A stretch of 64,000 nucleotides of DNA, from NCBI RefSeq assembly GCF_009914755.1, contig NC_060932.1, one strand, 5' to 3'. Each line of letters opens with the position of its first letter. The first letter of the stretch is position 1. Below the pieces are notes generated by a model. That model saw only the letters and a list, made by a program, of their open reading frames with translations, did no database searches and was not told the DNA's origin. This DNA comes from the human T2T-CHM13v2.0 reference genome, Homo sapiens. Shown in pieces: positions 14,746 to 27,620 of the stretch. Position numbers and translations under genes: made by a program.

Positions 14746-15317
14746 AACTATTAGTTATTATAATATTAAAATCACATAATATAATAACTCCTCCCCCTGT
14801 TTGCCAAATATTGCAACAGACTGGTAGTAAAAATAAAAACTCACCAGCCCTCTGAGATATCTGGGTCATTTCTTGTGACAGTCACAAGTTGGAAATAAAA
14901 GCAGATGCTGATTAAGCATAGGGGGTTCAGACTTGGGGGAACCCAGTGGCTGGAAAGAAACAATTATTGCAAAATAGAATGACCTCCTCTACATTCAAAA
15001 TAGATTTTTGGCTAGTAGACATTCTTCAGTGACACCTTAACAACCTTGAGGAAAATACATAATTTAGGCCATGAAGCACACTGCATTCTAATGATCAAGA
15101 TGTAACCAGGCATTCACTTTAAAATGGCCCATTGTGGCAGGACAGCGGTGCCCACCTTACTCTGGTTACTGAACAACAGATGCCAGAGATAAGAGTCAGC
15201 TACGGTATTGGGACGCCTTCAAGTGGTTCCTTGTGGTGAGGCCCAGCAGGAGTATGGGATGGAGGAGTAATTGGAGACAAGAGTAGATAGAAATTGAACT
15301 TAGTTTGAGAAGGACCT

Positions 15318-15721
15318 TGCTATGGACTGAATTGTGTCCCCACCACCAAATTCACATGTTGAAGCCTTAATCCCCGATGTGGTTGTGTTTGGAGATAGGG
15401 CTTTTAGAAGGTAATTAAGGTTAAGTGAGGTCTCATGACCTCATTAGGGTGGGATCCTAATCCAATAGCTTGGGGGCCATGTAAAGAAGAGGAAGAGAGA
15501 GCTTGTTCTAACTCTCTATGCACAACCATTGGGGACAGGTCATGTGCAGTCACAGTGAGAAGGCAGCCTTCTACAAGCCAGGAAGGGTGCCCTCTCCAGA
15601 AACCAAGTTGGCCAAAATCTTGATCTTGGACTTCTCTGCCTCCAGAACTGTTGGAAATGCATTTCTGTTGCTTAAGCCACTTAGTCTATAATATTTTGCA
15701 ATAGCAGCCTGAGCGAAGATA
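15318..15721 (+). mobile_element. MLT1A/A0 MaLR solo LTR
   Basis: Starts tgctatggactgaattgtgtcccc; contains gatcttggacttctctgcctccagaactg. Confidence 0.88.
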
Positions 15722-16330
15722 GGATTTGTGCACTCTGTGAAATAGGGTGAAAATTTCATGTTAGAGAAAATGGGTACCAGTCAAATGTGCTAAGGCTGGG
15801 TTGAGACATAGTCAGACTATGTTAGAGATAGATGGTTCTGGATACAGAGTGAAGAGAATTTGGAAGTAGACAAACTGAAGGTAAAGGAGTCCGGTAAGGA
15901 GGGTCTAGCATAAGTCTTGGCAGAAACCAAAAAAGTTGAATAGGTCATAGCAATTAGCAATAAGGACCCAATGGAGAGGGATGGAATTCCAGGTCACTTA
16001 GCAGTTAGAATTGTCTGAACCTATTGCTAAAGGAAAGTGAAGGGTTGAAGATGATTGTCTGAACCCAAGAGAAGATAACTGGGTAAATGAAATCTTTAAG
16101 AAAATCCAAGATACTGGAGAAGGAGTGTGGGAAGATGATGAGTTAGTGAGTGGGCCCTTCTACAGGGCAGGACCCTGTGTAAGGTATTCTAGTAAGGATA
16201 CTTAGAAATAACTCAGGCTAAGTGAGGATGAGGATACATCTCTGCTTCCCAAGCCTCTAGCAAAGGTACCCGGCCTGTTGTTGGCCTTTAGCACATGCTT
16301 GTTGAATTTAATTGAATTATATTCAAGGTA

Positions 16331-16525
16331 GGCCTGGCATGGTGGCCCATACTTGTAGTCCCAGCTACTCAACTTGAGGAGTCTGAGGCATGAGGATTGC
16401 TTGAGTCTAGAGTTCAAGGCTGCTAGTGCATTATGATCGCACCTGTGAATAGCTACTGCACTCCAGCCTGGGCAATATAGTGAACCCTGTCCCCTCAAAA
16501 CAAAACAAAACAAAACAAAACAAAA
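16331..16525 (+). mobile_element. FAM (fossil Alu monomer)
   Basis: Monomer retaining the 7SL-like segment tatgatcgcacctgtgaatagctactgcactccagcctggg; (CAAAA)n tail. Confidence 0.8.
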
Positions 16526-17325
16526 CTCAATGTGCTGTATTGAGACAAGGTCGTATTTCAATCTGTGAGAGAAAATAATCCCATTGTCTGGAAGCAGCAT
16601 TCATCTCTTAGTTCCAGACCTGCAGGATAGCAAATTTATCTCTGAAAGGGGGAAATAAATAGAAGGAAAAGAAGAAACATGAACACCTTACTCTCTTTCC
16701 AGAGAGGGAATGTTCTCTCCCCTTTGGGTTTCATGTACGTGTGGATGGAGGTTGGCTCAGAGATGTTTCCACATTTCCAGCTCTGACAGCTGTTGGTAAT
16801 AGCTACAGCCCTGGTCCCCTGGAATTCGCTTCCCTGCCTGGCCTGACCCTGCGCTGACAGTCAGCTCTTCTCAAACAAGCAGTCTCAATGATGATAAGCA
16901 TCTCCTTGGAAGGAGAAGCTTCGAAGGGAAACAGTTTGCAGTAACTATTTCTGTCTGTGCCTTTGTGTGGCTGCCATATGAAAGCATAGGTCCACTAAAA
17001 AAAAACCTCTTGCTCAGGTTGGAGTTCTTCCTGTTATCCTTTTGACTCCTGGAGTGTTGCTGCTCTGGCTGGGAAAACAGCAAAACCCGGCCAGAGATGG
17101 CAGGGCCGAATCACTGGGTCACCATCAGGTGAAGGAGCCGGAGGTGTGGGGCCCACTGGGGTGGCCTGGAGAGCATCAACTCCAGCTGTCGGGGCCCGGC
17201 TCTCTTTTAAGAACAGTATTGGCAAGTAATTGCGCTATAGCCAAGGGGTATTGGACTCGAGTGCATCTTAAAATGGATCTCCTCTCTCCTGGAACTCACA
17301 GATTGTTGCGACATTAATATGACTG

Positions 17326-17326
<1 letters not shown>

Positions 17327-17378
<52 letters not shown>
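17327..17378. repeat. Compound (TG)18(AG)8 microsatellite
   Basis: Seen directly. Confidence 0.97.
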
Positions 17379-17379
<1 letters not shown>

Positions 17380-19969
17380 GGAAGGGGCATGCTTATATTC
17401 TCAAAAGATGTTATAGAATAAAACAATATTAGAATCACAGATCTAGAGGAAACGTTCTGGCCTGACATCCTCACTCTATAATACCATTTCACGTCTCCAG
17501 TCAGTGCATTGGAGTGCGACTCTGTGCTAAGCACTAGGAATGCAGAGCTCAGGTGGGGCTGGTGGGCAGGAGGGGTAGCACAGTAAATGTAGTCAGAAAG
17601 CTAACATTTGTTAAGCGCCCACAGTATTTTGAACACAGTACACATTCTCTTGAGGCTACCATTTCATAGTAACCGCAGTGGATTTCCAGATACTGTGCTA
17701 AGCAGTTAAATGTATATTGCTTTTAACTTCCCTAAATAAACCCAGGAGGGAGCTGTGCATGATTTTCATTTTACAGGTGAAGAAACTGAGGCTCAGGTTA
17801 AACCACTTGCAGGAGTCACACAGCTGCTCAATTCTGAAGCTCACATCCTTAGCCAGTACACAGTGCTGCCTCTAAAAAAGGGTTAATGATGCTTCCTTTG
17901 CAGAGTTGAAGATCATCATTCATTCAAAGATTGCTTTGAAGATAATCCGATGATGTATTTGATGTGCTTAGCATGGGGCTGGCACATGGCAGGCCCTCAT
18001 TACATGGTGCTCTTATTAAAAGCTGGTGTCAAGTTTAATCCGACCCAGGCCCCAGGCCTCTGGAGTGGAGGCCTCTTGGGGGTCAGCCCTTTAACCTCCG
18101 TCCCTCCTACCAAGGCACTCGCCTCCTTTCACATCCCAATTGCCTTCTCTGTCTTTCCATGTTGAAAGAAAATGAAAACCAGGCCTCATATCAGAGTTAT
18201 GACAGCTGGGGCTGTATCTTTTCTATCTCTGTATCTCCAGAAGGGACTGGAATGGTGCAGCTATTAACATAAATAGTTGCTGAACTGAATTGTGCACCCT
18301 CTCAGCCTTGTGGATAACAAAGGTTTCCCCTCTCTACCACTGAATTCATTACTCTAAGCACCCAAACAAGGCACCATCTCGTCCTCACGTTAAATAAGGG
18401 TGGACGTTCTCACCCTTATTTTCATATCTGAGTGAACAGAGGCTCAGGGAGGGTAGTGCCTGGCAGTTGATTGTCCAGCATGGAAAACAGCCTTTGCAAC
18501 ACACTGTGCATGGACCAGAAGCACCTTTTTATTCTGTGGGTGGCAAGAGGGAGTCAGCAGGGTGGGGGTGTGGAGCCTGTCTCCAAACCCACTTCAACCT
18601 CTGCCGCTCTCACCCACTTCTGTGGTCTCCGCTAAATTGCTGCAATGTGTGCTCTTTGGCACCAGCCCTGGAGACCACCCAGGCATTGAGGCAAATGCAA
18701 AATGCAGCCCCCAACCTCAGCCCAAAGTGGGTGTCTTTTGGAGCCAAGCACGCCCTGTGGTCTCTCTCAGTGCTGGGTTCTCTCCTAGGTGAGCTCCCAG
18801 CAAGCAGAACCAAGAACACCGTCACTCACACCAGAGGAGGAATTGCAGGGGCCAGTGGGGACCTGATGGCAACCCCTACAGGCTGAGGACATTCACCACC
18901 TTCCTGGCACTGACTGGGATGTCTGTGTTCCTGGAAATGCAGGTGGCCCCACTTTGTGCAACTGGTGTCTTCCTGCAGAGCTGGGTGAGAAAATTAGTGA
19001 TTGTTAATCAGGAAGATTTTTAACTTACAAGGGAGCTTATGCTTTTAAAGGTATCATCCTGAAATCCTTTTTTAAAAGAGTTCCCACCCTAATGTTCCTC
19101 TCTTTATAAATCCTAACATGTACAGTATTTTGGATTTGCTTTGTGCCCCATTTAGTTGCTGTGTCCAGATAAGCCCCACAGATCACAAGGCCGAGGCCGT
19201 CTGCATGCGGTTCAGCCCTTTCCTCACTGGCTGTGTGGCCTTGACCTTGGGAGAGCCACCTAGCCTCTTAGACTTCCTCTTAACTGGTACAATGAATTTA
19301 AAGTGACAGTACACTGCTAAACACACAATGCCATACAATCAGGAATTATCAGGGCAGTACATTTAATGACATTATTAAATGTTATTTAATAAATAATGTT
19401 TATTAAACATTCAATAAATGGTAGTTTTTTTTTGGGAAGAGGGAGACTTACAGTTTTCTTCTCAGCAAAATTGAAATATGGCCTGATCTGCTTGAGTTGT
19501 TGACAGTATAGATCACTGGGCAAATTAAGATATTATTTATTCATTCATTCAACACATCTTCCCGAGTGTCTATTAGAAAATGTGCATTCTATTTGGAAAT
19601 AAATGATCACAACACCGTTTGGTCACTGTTTTAATGGAGGTAAGCGTAAAGCATGGTGGTTATGGAAAGTGTGCCTTATTTCCCCAGGGAAGTGGAGGCG
19701 GCTTCACAGAGCAGGTGTGCATAATGGCTAATGGATATTGAGTTCTGACCACGTGCCAGATGCTGAGTCTGCCCGGCTGATGAGCACGGGAGGAGGGTGT
19801 GGTCAGAGGTGGAAACAGCATGGATAAAGGCACAGCAGAATTACAGAGAGCACATTCAGGGAAGACTCTGTGGTTAGGATTGAATTATTAATAACAGAAC
19901 TTTGCTGCAGGATTGCAGGAATGACTCTTACGTGGATGGATCCAGCCTCTGATTATTGCTTTTGTCTGT

Positions 19970-20135
19970 AGCCTAGAGGCTGTCAAGCAGGGTGGGAGGG
20001 CTTCCCGGGGGTGGGGGGATTTGAAAATATGGGGGAGTACTTTTTGGCTGTCACGGCAATGAGGTGCAGTGCTAAAGGCATTTCATGCCCAGGGCTTAGG
20101 GTTGTTAAGTGCCCTGCAATGCTCAGAGTAGAAGC
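19970..20135. mobile_element. MER20-like hAT-Charlie fragment
   Basis: tttttggctgtcac...tgctaaaggcattt...ccctgcaatgc resembles MER20-family. Confidence 0.5.
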
Positions 20136-20719
20136 TTGCACAGAATCCCAGGGCACCTCCTTTAGGCCACATTGTGTAGTCCTTGTCTCTCCTTTGACCT
20201 CTGACTATATCTGATGCTTACTGGGTCCACCAAAGTGTATGGAACTGGATTGGAAATTGTTGGCAATCCAATGGCTTAACCCCTGACCATTCAAATCAAC
20301 TCAAATGTTCTAAATAATTAGCTTTTAGCCCTTACTCCATGGGTTCTATTTGGCCTCAGAATCATTGTTTTGCTTTCTTGATTTAGGATAGCAGAGTTAA
20401 TGAGAAAAGAACCTTATTCAGTTACCTGGTTATCTGGTTGGGAGCACTTCATTCTCTGGGTACCAAGGTGTATTGATTCCATAGCCTAAAGATTGGTGAA
20501 ATTGATTACCACTCTTCTGCTCACAGCTACTGCTCTGGTTTGGGCCATTTCCTCCCTTTTGGGTTTCTACCCACATCTCATTCCAGGCTCCTCTACTCCA
20601 TTCTCTTATCTTTCCGCAGCACAGATGCAATTCTCTCTCCTCCTGCTCTTCCTGTTACCTCTAGGATCAAATGGAGGCCCTGGGGCTCTGGGCCTGTTCC
20701 CTGTCCAGGTTCTTCTAGA

Positions 20720-20940
20720 AGGCAGGACAGCCCAGTGGTTGAGGGCATGGCCTCAGGAACCAGGCTGTTGAGATCCCTTCCCTGCCCTGCCACTTCCTGA
20801 TTATGTGGCACTTTGTAGTTCATTTCATCTTTCTGTGACTCAGTTTTTTTCCATCTGTAAAAGCCAGCAGCGATAATTATAATTAATTATGCCAGCAATA
20901 ATTAAATGTATTCATTTTTGTTTAAAGCACATAGAAGTGT
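20720..20940 (+). mobile_element. MIR
   Basis: cagtggttgagggcatggc...ctgccacttcctg...tctgtgactcagttttttccatctgtaaaa. Confidence 0.65.
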
Positions 20941-20946
20941 CTAAGT

Positions 20947-21442
20947 GGGGATTATTAAGATTTTTTTTGTGCCATACACCCCTTCTCAGAGTAATGGATT
21001 AAATGTTTAAAATGAAATATATAGCTTTATAGAGGAAACCAATTCTATTGAGAAATGATTATCAAAATGTAAAAAAAAATCCTTATCTTATAATATAGAA
21101 ATATATGTGCTTTTTTGAGGTGTTAAATAATAAGATCCAATGGCAGGTCGAATATGTATTGCAGTTTCAAAGCAGCAATGGATGCAAACACTGTTTTGAG
21201 ATTCTGCAACAACCCTCGTAAAAAAATGGAAATAGTAGTTGTTCCTACTGGTGATGAACCCACAGGTAGAAGCATTGCTAATACTACCGTGGTTTGTTGC
21301 CTACATTGAAGAATGAAGAACAATCTAAATTTAAGTTAGAGATTAGTAAAAAAAAGATGTAACTTTTGTTCCCCTTCAAGTTCATGGATCCTTCCTTAAT
21401 TCTTGAATCCTACAAGGAGTCTGTAGATCTCAATTTAAGAAC
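20947..21442 (+). mobile_element. MER119-like hAT-Charlie DNA transposon
   Basis: ttttttgtgccatacacccc...ggaaaccaattctattga...ctaatactaccgtggtttgttgcctacat match recalled MER119. Confidence 0.7.
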
Positions 21443-21448
21443 TTCTTC

Positions 21449-21702
21449 GGGCAGATCATGAGGTCAGGAGATCGAGACCGTCCTGGTTAACATGGTGAAA
21501 CCCCATCTCTACTAAAAAGACAAAAACAAAATTACCTGGGCGTGGTGGCGGGCACCTGTAGTCTCAGCTACTCAGGAGGCTGAGGCAGAAGAATGGCGTG
21601 AACCCGGGAGGCGGAGCTTTTAGTGAGCCAAGATCACACCACTGCACTCCAGCCTGGGTGACAGAGCAAGACTCCGTCTCAAAAAAAAAAAAAAAAAAAA
21701 AA
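21449..21702 (+). mobile_element. 5'-truncated AluY
   Basis: Starts at gggcagatcatgagg; Y motifs present; TSD aaga(a/g)cttcttc at 21437-21448 and 21703-21714. Confidence 0.93.
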
Positions 21703-21729
21703 AAGAGCTTCTTCAATAGGGCATAGTAA

Positions 21730-21830
21730 ATGGTGTCAACCAGCTAAAAGCAAGGTGGCCAATTCAGTACCAGCAGAAGCCAGGAAGGCAATATGAATGA
21801 GGAAAGTGGGCAGTTGTAAGAAAAACTCAA
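21730..21830. mobile_element. MER45-like hAT-Tip100 fragment
   Basis: gccaggaaggcaatatgaatgaggaaagtgggcagttgtaag resembles MER45. Confidence 0.4.
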
Positions 21831-22430
21831 GCCTAAGAGGCTGAGCAAACACAAAAGGGCATGAGTTATTTAGCCTGCAGATCATTAGAAATAACTACAG
21901 ATGCATTTGCTAGCCTCTTCTAGGAAAGGTGGAAGTTAAAACATTGGTAATAGTCCCTTTCTCTCCACTCTGAGTTTGAAATATTGTCAAGCACTTTAGC
22001 ATTTGTTATGCCATGTCTGTACTATGGGCACCAAACTTACTCGTTCTTGGGTCTCTGAGGACTTGCACGTCTTTCCCAGTTTTGCTGTTGTACAAAAGCG
22101 GCATGTCCTTCCACGTCTTGGGCCTGGATACACATTTATCCTTCTTTCCAGATTCCTGGACCCTTCTTGACTTCACTAACTGTAACTGGACCTCTAAATC
22201 CCACTCCAGGGCCTCTCGTCCAGAAAAGTCCCTAAACGTGGCTTCTGGGGTCGGGCCAGCCTGGTGTCTCAGCGATCACAGGCCTCCATCAGAGTGAGCA
22301 TCACTTCTCTTTGACCTGTGTGTTTTCCTGTTGCTTCTCTAATTAGAGTGAGGGTGTGTTTGTTGAGGATACTTAGTGTAAGGCTTTTTGAAGGAATGGA
22401 TGCACTGAATGAATGAATTGAATGATTTAG

Positions 22431-22764
<334 letters not shown>

Positions 22765-23699
22765 TAACATGACTTCTAAGATGCTTTTCAGTCTGAGGAT
22801 GATCGTAGGGATGGATCTCTTAATATCTGACGGGCTCAGCACTTGCTCATAGACCTGGCTGGCACAATGGGGCACAGCTGTCATTTGAGGTTGATGAGTG
22901 TGAAATATGACTGTGAAATAATGATATTGCTTTCAGATTCCCACATCAATTTCCTTTGATAGTCTCCATGAGGCAAATCTTCCCCCTCTGAGGGTGGATT
23001 TGATTTTTTTAAAATAGACATACTTCATTCAGAACGGCTTCTTACGAATAAGATGAGAGAACAAGATCAGAAACACCATTTTTGGCTCACCGAAATGAAA
23101 TGGAGGCCTGTCTGTGAGGTAATAAAACTGATTTTCTCACTTGGCCTGTAAACTAGCTGGAAAGGTAATTTCCAAGGAAACATTCCAAACATGCCTTGAG
23201 CAAAAACGGCATAATTAGAAAAAGCCTCTGTCTCAGTAGCAGAGGAGGAGGACGCCTCTGAAGGACCAGCTCTCACTTGGGAGGGTTGGGTCTGGTATGT
23301 TACTTTAAAAGATCAGCCTCGTTATGTTATAAAACAAACCTAGCATTTGCAGAGGACTTAAATTTTCAAGGGACTTGAGCCTTTGTTATCTCTTCGGACC
23401 TCACAGGAGTTCTGTAAAATATTAGAGGCGAGTATTATCAGCCCCACGGACAGGTGAAGAAGTGGAAGACGAGAAACTTGATGATTTGCCAAAGGTCACA
23501 GAGCTAGAAGGAGGCAGAGCCACCCCACACTTGCCCAACCTGCATCATCAAGGAAACATACGAAGCACGCAGGCACACGCACGAGAGCCCAGGCGGGTGC
23601 TTCCGTGTCTGTCATCTCCATTGAGGTGAAAAGGGAGATGTGCCAATTACCTAAGAATCTGCCCTGTGTTGCTCTCCCCATGCTGAGTTTGTCCTGGAG

Positions 23700-24080
23700 A
23701 TGTGACAGTGGACTGGACAGGAGCGTAGATTATGAGCCAGATGGCCTGAGGTGGCATCCTAGCTCTATTGCTAACCAGCGGTGTTGCCTTGGGCATGCCA
23801 CTTCCCTTCCTCATGCCTCATTTCCTCCTCTGTAAAGGACAGATAACCGCTCACAGAGTGTTGTAAGTAATGTGTTAACTATGTAAAGTATATGAACCCT
23901 GCCTGGTCCATAGCAAGAAGATGGAGCTAATTATTATTTGATTTGAACTTCTCAAAAACCATGAGATGTCTGTAGTATCATCTTCCATATTACACATGGG
24001 GAAACTGAGATTAAGTAATTTTCCCAAAGTCCCAAAACTGGGGACTAGGTTTCTGTGTGTAACAATACACCATGCTATAC
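23700..24080. mobile_element. Two opposed MIR fragments (+ then -)
   Basis: tgcctcatttcctcctctgtaaa on +, then catgggaaactgagattaagtaattttcccaaag on -. Confidence 0.6.
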
Positions 24081-24545
24081 CCTCCTGATTAATGTGAGCT
24101 CTCAAATCATGCTCACTGATTGGCAGGTGACCATATTCATGTTAATTATTTCGTAGATACAGGCAGTAAAATATTTATTTTCCTTTAGTATGTTCCTCAG
24201 ACAGTATACCTGAAAATCAAATTCTATCCTTGTATATATCACCAAGGGGTTTCTTTCTCTGGAGGCCTGTAAAATATAATCGAATCCCCAATTATACTTC
24301 ACCTTGCAACACAGTCTTCAACAACAACATTCAGAACCACAGACTCGTTCTTTAATTTTGCTTGTTTCCTTCATAATTGAATCTACAGTTGATCCTCTTG
24401 AGGCTCAAGATTCCCAATTTAGAGTGTGCCCAACGCTTTCCATCTCTGTTACAAATGCCTTAAGTTTATGAGATCTCTGCTTCTCATTGTTAATGTCAAT
24501 TCTGTCATTTTTCCCAATGCAGTTCATTTTTAGAAAATAACGAAT

Positions 24546-24831
24546 GGGGCTGGGAAGGTAAGTTGGTTAAGGGGTACAAAAATACAGTTAGATAGAGAGG
24601 TATTTACTAGTACAGTAGGGAAATTATAGTTAACAATTCTTTATTGTATATTTCAAAATAACTACAAGAAAAGAATTGTAATGTTCCCAACACAAAGAAA
24701 GGCTAAATGTTTGAGGTGATGGAAATCCTAGTTATTCTGGATTTATCATTATACATTATATACAGGTATCAAAATATTACACATGCCCCCAAATACGTAC
24801 AACAATTATTTAATCATTGAAAAATAGAAAA
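24546..24831 (+). mobile_element. 5'-truncated L1MA 3' end
   Basis: gggtacaaaaatacagttagatag...tgtttgaggtgatgga; 14-bp TSD agaaaataa(c/t)gaat at 24532-24545 and 24832-24845. Confidence 0.9.
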
Positions 24832-25254
24832 AGAAAATAATGAATTCAATACCTGTAGAAACAGTCAGATAATTAAACAATCACTGCTGTACAAATATGA
24901 CAACCCTGCCAGCAGTGAGCTGCTGTCAGGCCACTCTATCATGTAATAGGTTGAATTGTTTGTCTATCACACAATTATAAAAGTCTGTGTTAAACATACT
25001 AACAAGAAACAAAAGTTTATGTCAAATTTGAAAAGAAGGAAGAAGTAAGAGTGAGTGGAGAAGAGGGAATGTTTCAGAAATGAGGAACAGTCCAGGTGAG
25101 TAAAGCAGCCTAGTTTGTCTAGCTATAAAGTATTTAGAGGCGCTTTACCAAGCAGGGACCAGCTGTAAAGTTAGAGGCATGTTACTAGGCAGGGATTCCC
25201 CAAATTAACCAGCCAATTGAATTTTTCAGGACTCTGGCTTGTAAGCCATAGAAG

Positions 25255-25722
25255 ACCCAATTTCCGGTGGAATTTAAGCATCTGTCCACTATTTTTCTTT
25301 ACCTCCCTGCTCTTGGCTTCCTTGTGAACAGAGTATAGCTTTCTTCCCCCCATTGAGTTTAGGCTTTGGCAGTGAGACTTGTTTTGGCCGGTGGAATGTG
25401 GCTGTAAGTGGCTATGGACCAGTTTCAAGCTGAGGTCTTAAGAGGCAAGTGTCTACCAGCTCTTTGATACTTCCTCTTATTACCATGAGAAGAGCACATA
25501 CCAAGTAGCATTGATTCCTTCAGTCTTGGTTCTGCAACAAAGTCAAATGAAAAAGACCTGAATGTAAGCATATCCTGGGGGTGAGCCAGGCCCAGCTTTC
25601 CTGAGAGTATGGTATAAACAATTTTGTGATACATTGTTTATCACAAAATTTACCACTGAAATTTGGGAATCATTTGTTATACAGTATTATCACAAGAACA
25701 ACAGAAAAACCTGACTAGCTTA
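25255..25722 (+). mobile_element. MLT1I/J-like LTR
   Basis: gacttgttttggccggtggaatgtgg...ccatgagaagagca...ccactgaaatttggg..tttgttatacag. Confidence 0.7.
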
Positions 25723-25840
25723 CACAACCTAGCTTATGGGGAAAAAAATATTGGCCATGTAACAGGTCTGCTATACTGGGGACTCAAATTATGTTGCCTT
25801 TCTCTAACCATCTACCCATTCATCCATCCACTCTTCACCC

Positions 25841-25990
25841 CTTTATCCATTTGACTGTTTATCCATTCATTCTTCCACATATCCATCCATTTGACTATTT
25901 ATCCATTCATTCTTCTAACCATCCATCCATCTGATGATTTATCTATTCATTCTTCCACCCATCCATCCATTTGATGACTTATCTACCCAC
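25841..25990. repeat. 40-bp-period (CATC-derived) minisatellite, about 3.7 copies
   Basis: Units start at 25841, 25881, 25921 and 25961. Confidence 0.9.
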
Positions 25991-27040
25991 TTTTCACTTC
26001 TGCCTGAACTCTGCTTTTCTTTGTGTTCTGACCTCATTCCCTTTTTTGGAGGCAAATGTTGTGCATTTGCTCAAATGTAATTTGCAGAGCACTCTTCTGA
26101 TGAGATGCTCTGGGAGAAAGATTCCATAGCCTAATAGATTGAGAAAGAATATATGAATATATGTTATATTTCAGTTTTAGAGATTCATGAAGCATTTTTT
26201 TGGCAAACAAACAAAACAAAACCAAAACTATGAGAAGTTCTGCTAGTAGAAAAAACTTTAATATGATTTATTAATACTTCACGCAGTACTTCACAAGCTT
26301 ATTTGATCATTGAAAACTGTTCTGGCTGTCAAAATCTTTGACAATTTTTTGATGTACACTTAGGGGGAAATGGTGGTATAGTAGGAACCGACTTGGGAGA
26401 CAGGAGACTTACATTTCTTTTTCCGCTTTGCCACAAATGTACTCTGCACTGTCTCAGGGAATTCACCTCCCCTTTCTAAGTCTTAGAGCCCCATTCACAA
26501 AGGGAAAGGGTTAGATTAGTTGGCCTTTTAAGAGTCTACTGGGATCAACAATCTGTAATCCCAGCAGTTCACCATATTTCAGGAAGTAGGGGTGACACAA
26601 CCTGAAAAAGGGTGGTTGGACTATTGGCCTGGGAAGCACCATATGGAACCATGGAGTCTATTCAATCAGTTCTTTAGTTAAATTTCAAACACAATGGTCC
26701 AGCACATTCAGAGTCGAGGATGGTGAGGATTCAGCAGTGGCAGGTCTAATGTATTCACCTTGCCCACAGTTATGGAGTCTTAGTCCTTGATTCCTGAGCA
26801 CATTCTGTGTTTCTACCCTCCGCAGGTGGCACAGAGTATCCCTGTCTCTTATACCTTTGCTCTGTCTCCATTCCTATGAACTCCTCAGTCTTTAAACCTC
26901 CTGTATTCCATCCCACCCTCACTCCCCTCTTCCTCTTCTGCACAGCCTCTGCAATGGGATGTTGGTTATTCTCAGTGATGTTCAGGTTCAGTTCAGCTGC
27001 TGGATGGGGGAGGAGGGGGAGGAGAGTGCACTTTGAATCC

Positions 27041-27620
27041 TGCATTAGTCAGGATGCTTTTGGTGGCAGAAACAAAACCCTGACTCAAGCTGGCTTAAAC
27101 AATAGAGAATTATTATCTCATATAGCAGGAATTCCAGGGGGCAGGCAGATCCGAGGCTGGTTGAATTAGCCTTTCAACAGTGGCATTCGGGAGTAGTTTC
27201 TCTCTATCTCTTTGCTCTGTCATCATTAGCTGGCTTCTTTCTCAGGCTCGTAACGATATGGTGGCTGCAGCTCTGAGCATCATATCTGGATGAGACAAGA
27301 TAGAGAGGAAGAAGGGCTCTTTTTTTTCTTTTTTCCCTGTGGTTCTTTCCTAGAAGGAAAGACATTTCCCGCAAAAGCCCCTAAGCCACCACCCATCCTA
27401 GAAGAAAACTTCTCATGTTTCATTAGCCAGAATTGTGGGATCACCATTCCTTAACCAGTCATTGCCAGAGAGAATAGAATTCCTCTTAGATCAATCAAGC
27501 CCATCCCTGGAGCTGAAAATGAGGTCGACCACCACTGATTTTGATGTAGGAGAGAAAGAACAAAACCTGAGTTTTATCTGGAAGGAAGAAGACAGGAATG
27601 AATGCTGGGTAGACAACCAA
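27041..27620 (-). mobile_element. MLT1K/L-like LTR
   Basis: tgcattagtcaggatgcttttggtggcagaaacaaaaccctgactcaagctggcttaaac is an antisense MLT1 end. Confidence 0.7.

Noticed and set aside
16331-16500. Possible 7SL RNA gene
   Set aside because: It lacks most of the S domain and has an A-rich tail, which fits a FAM SINE
26818-26832. Weaker CTCF-like motifs (tccgcaggtggcac; also gctgccctctagcca at about 55025)
   Set aside because: They mismatch the 5' CC(A/G) core and are too weak to call without ChIP data
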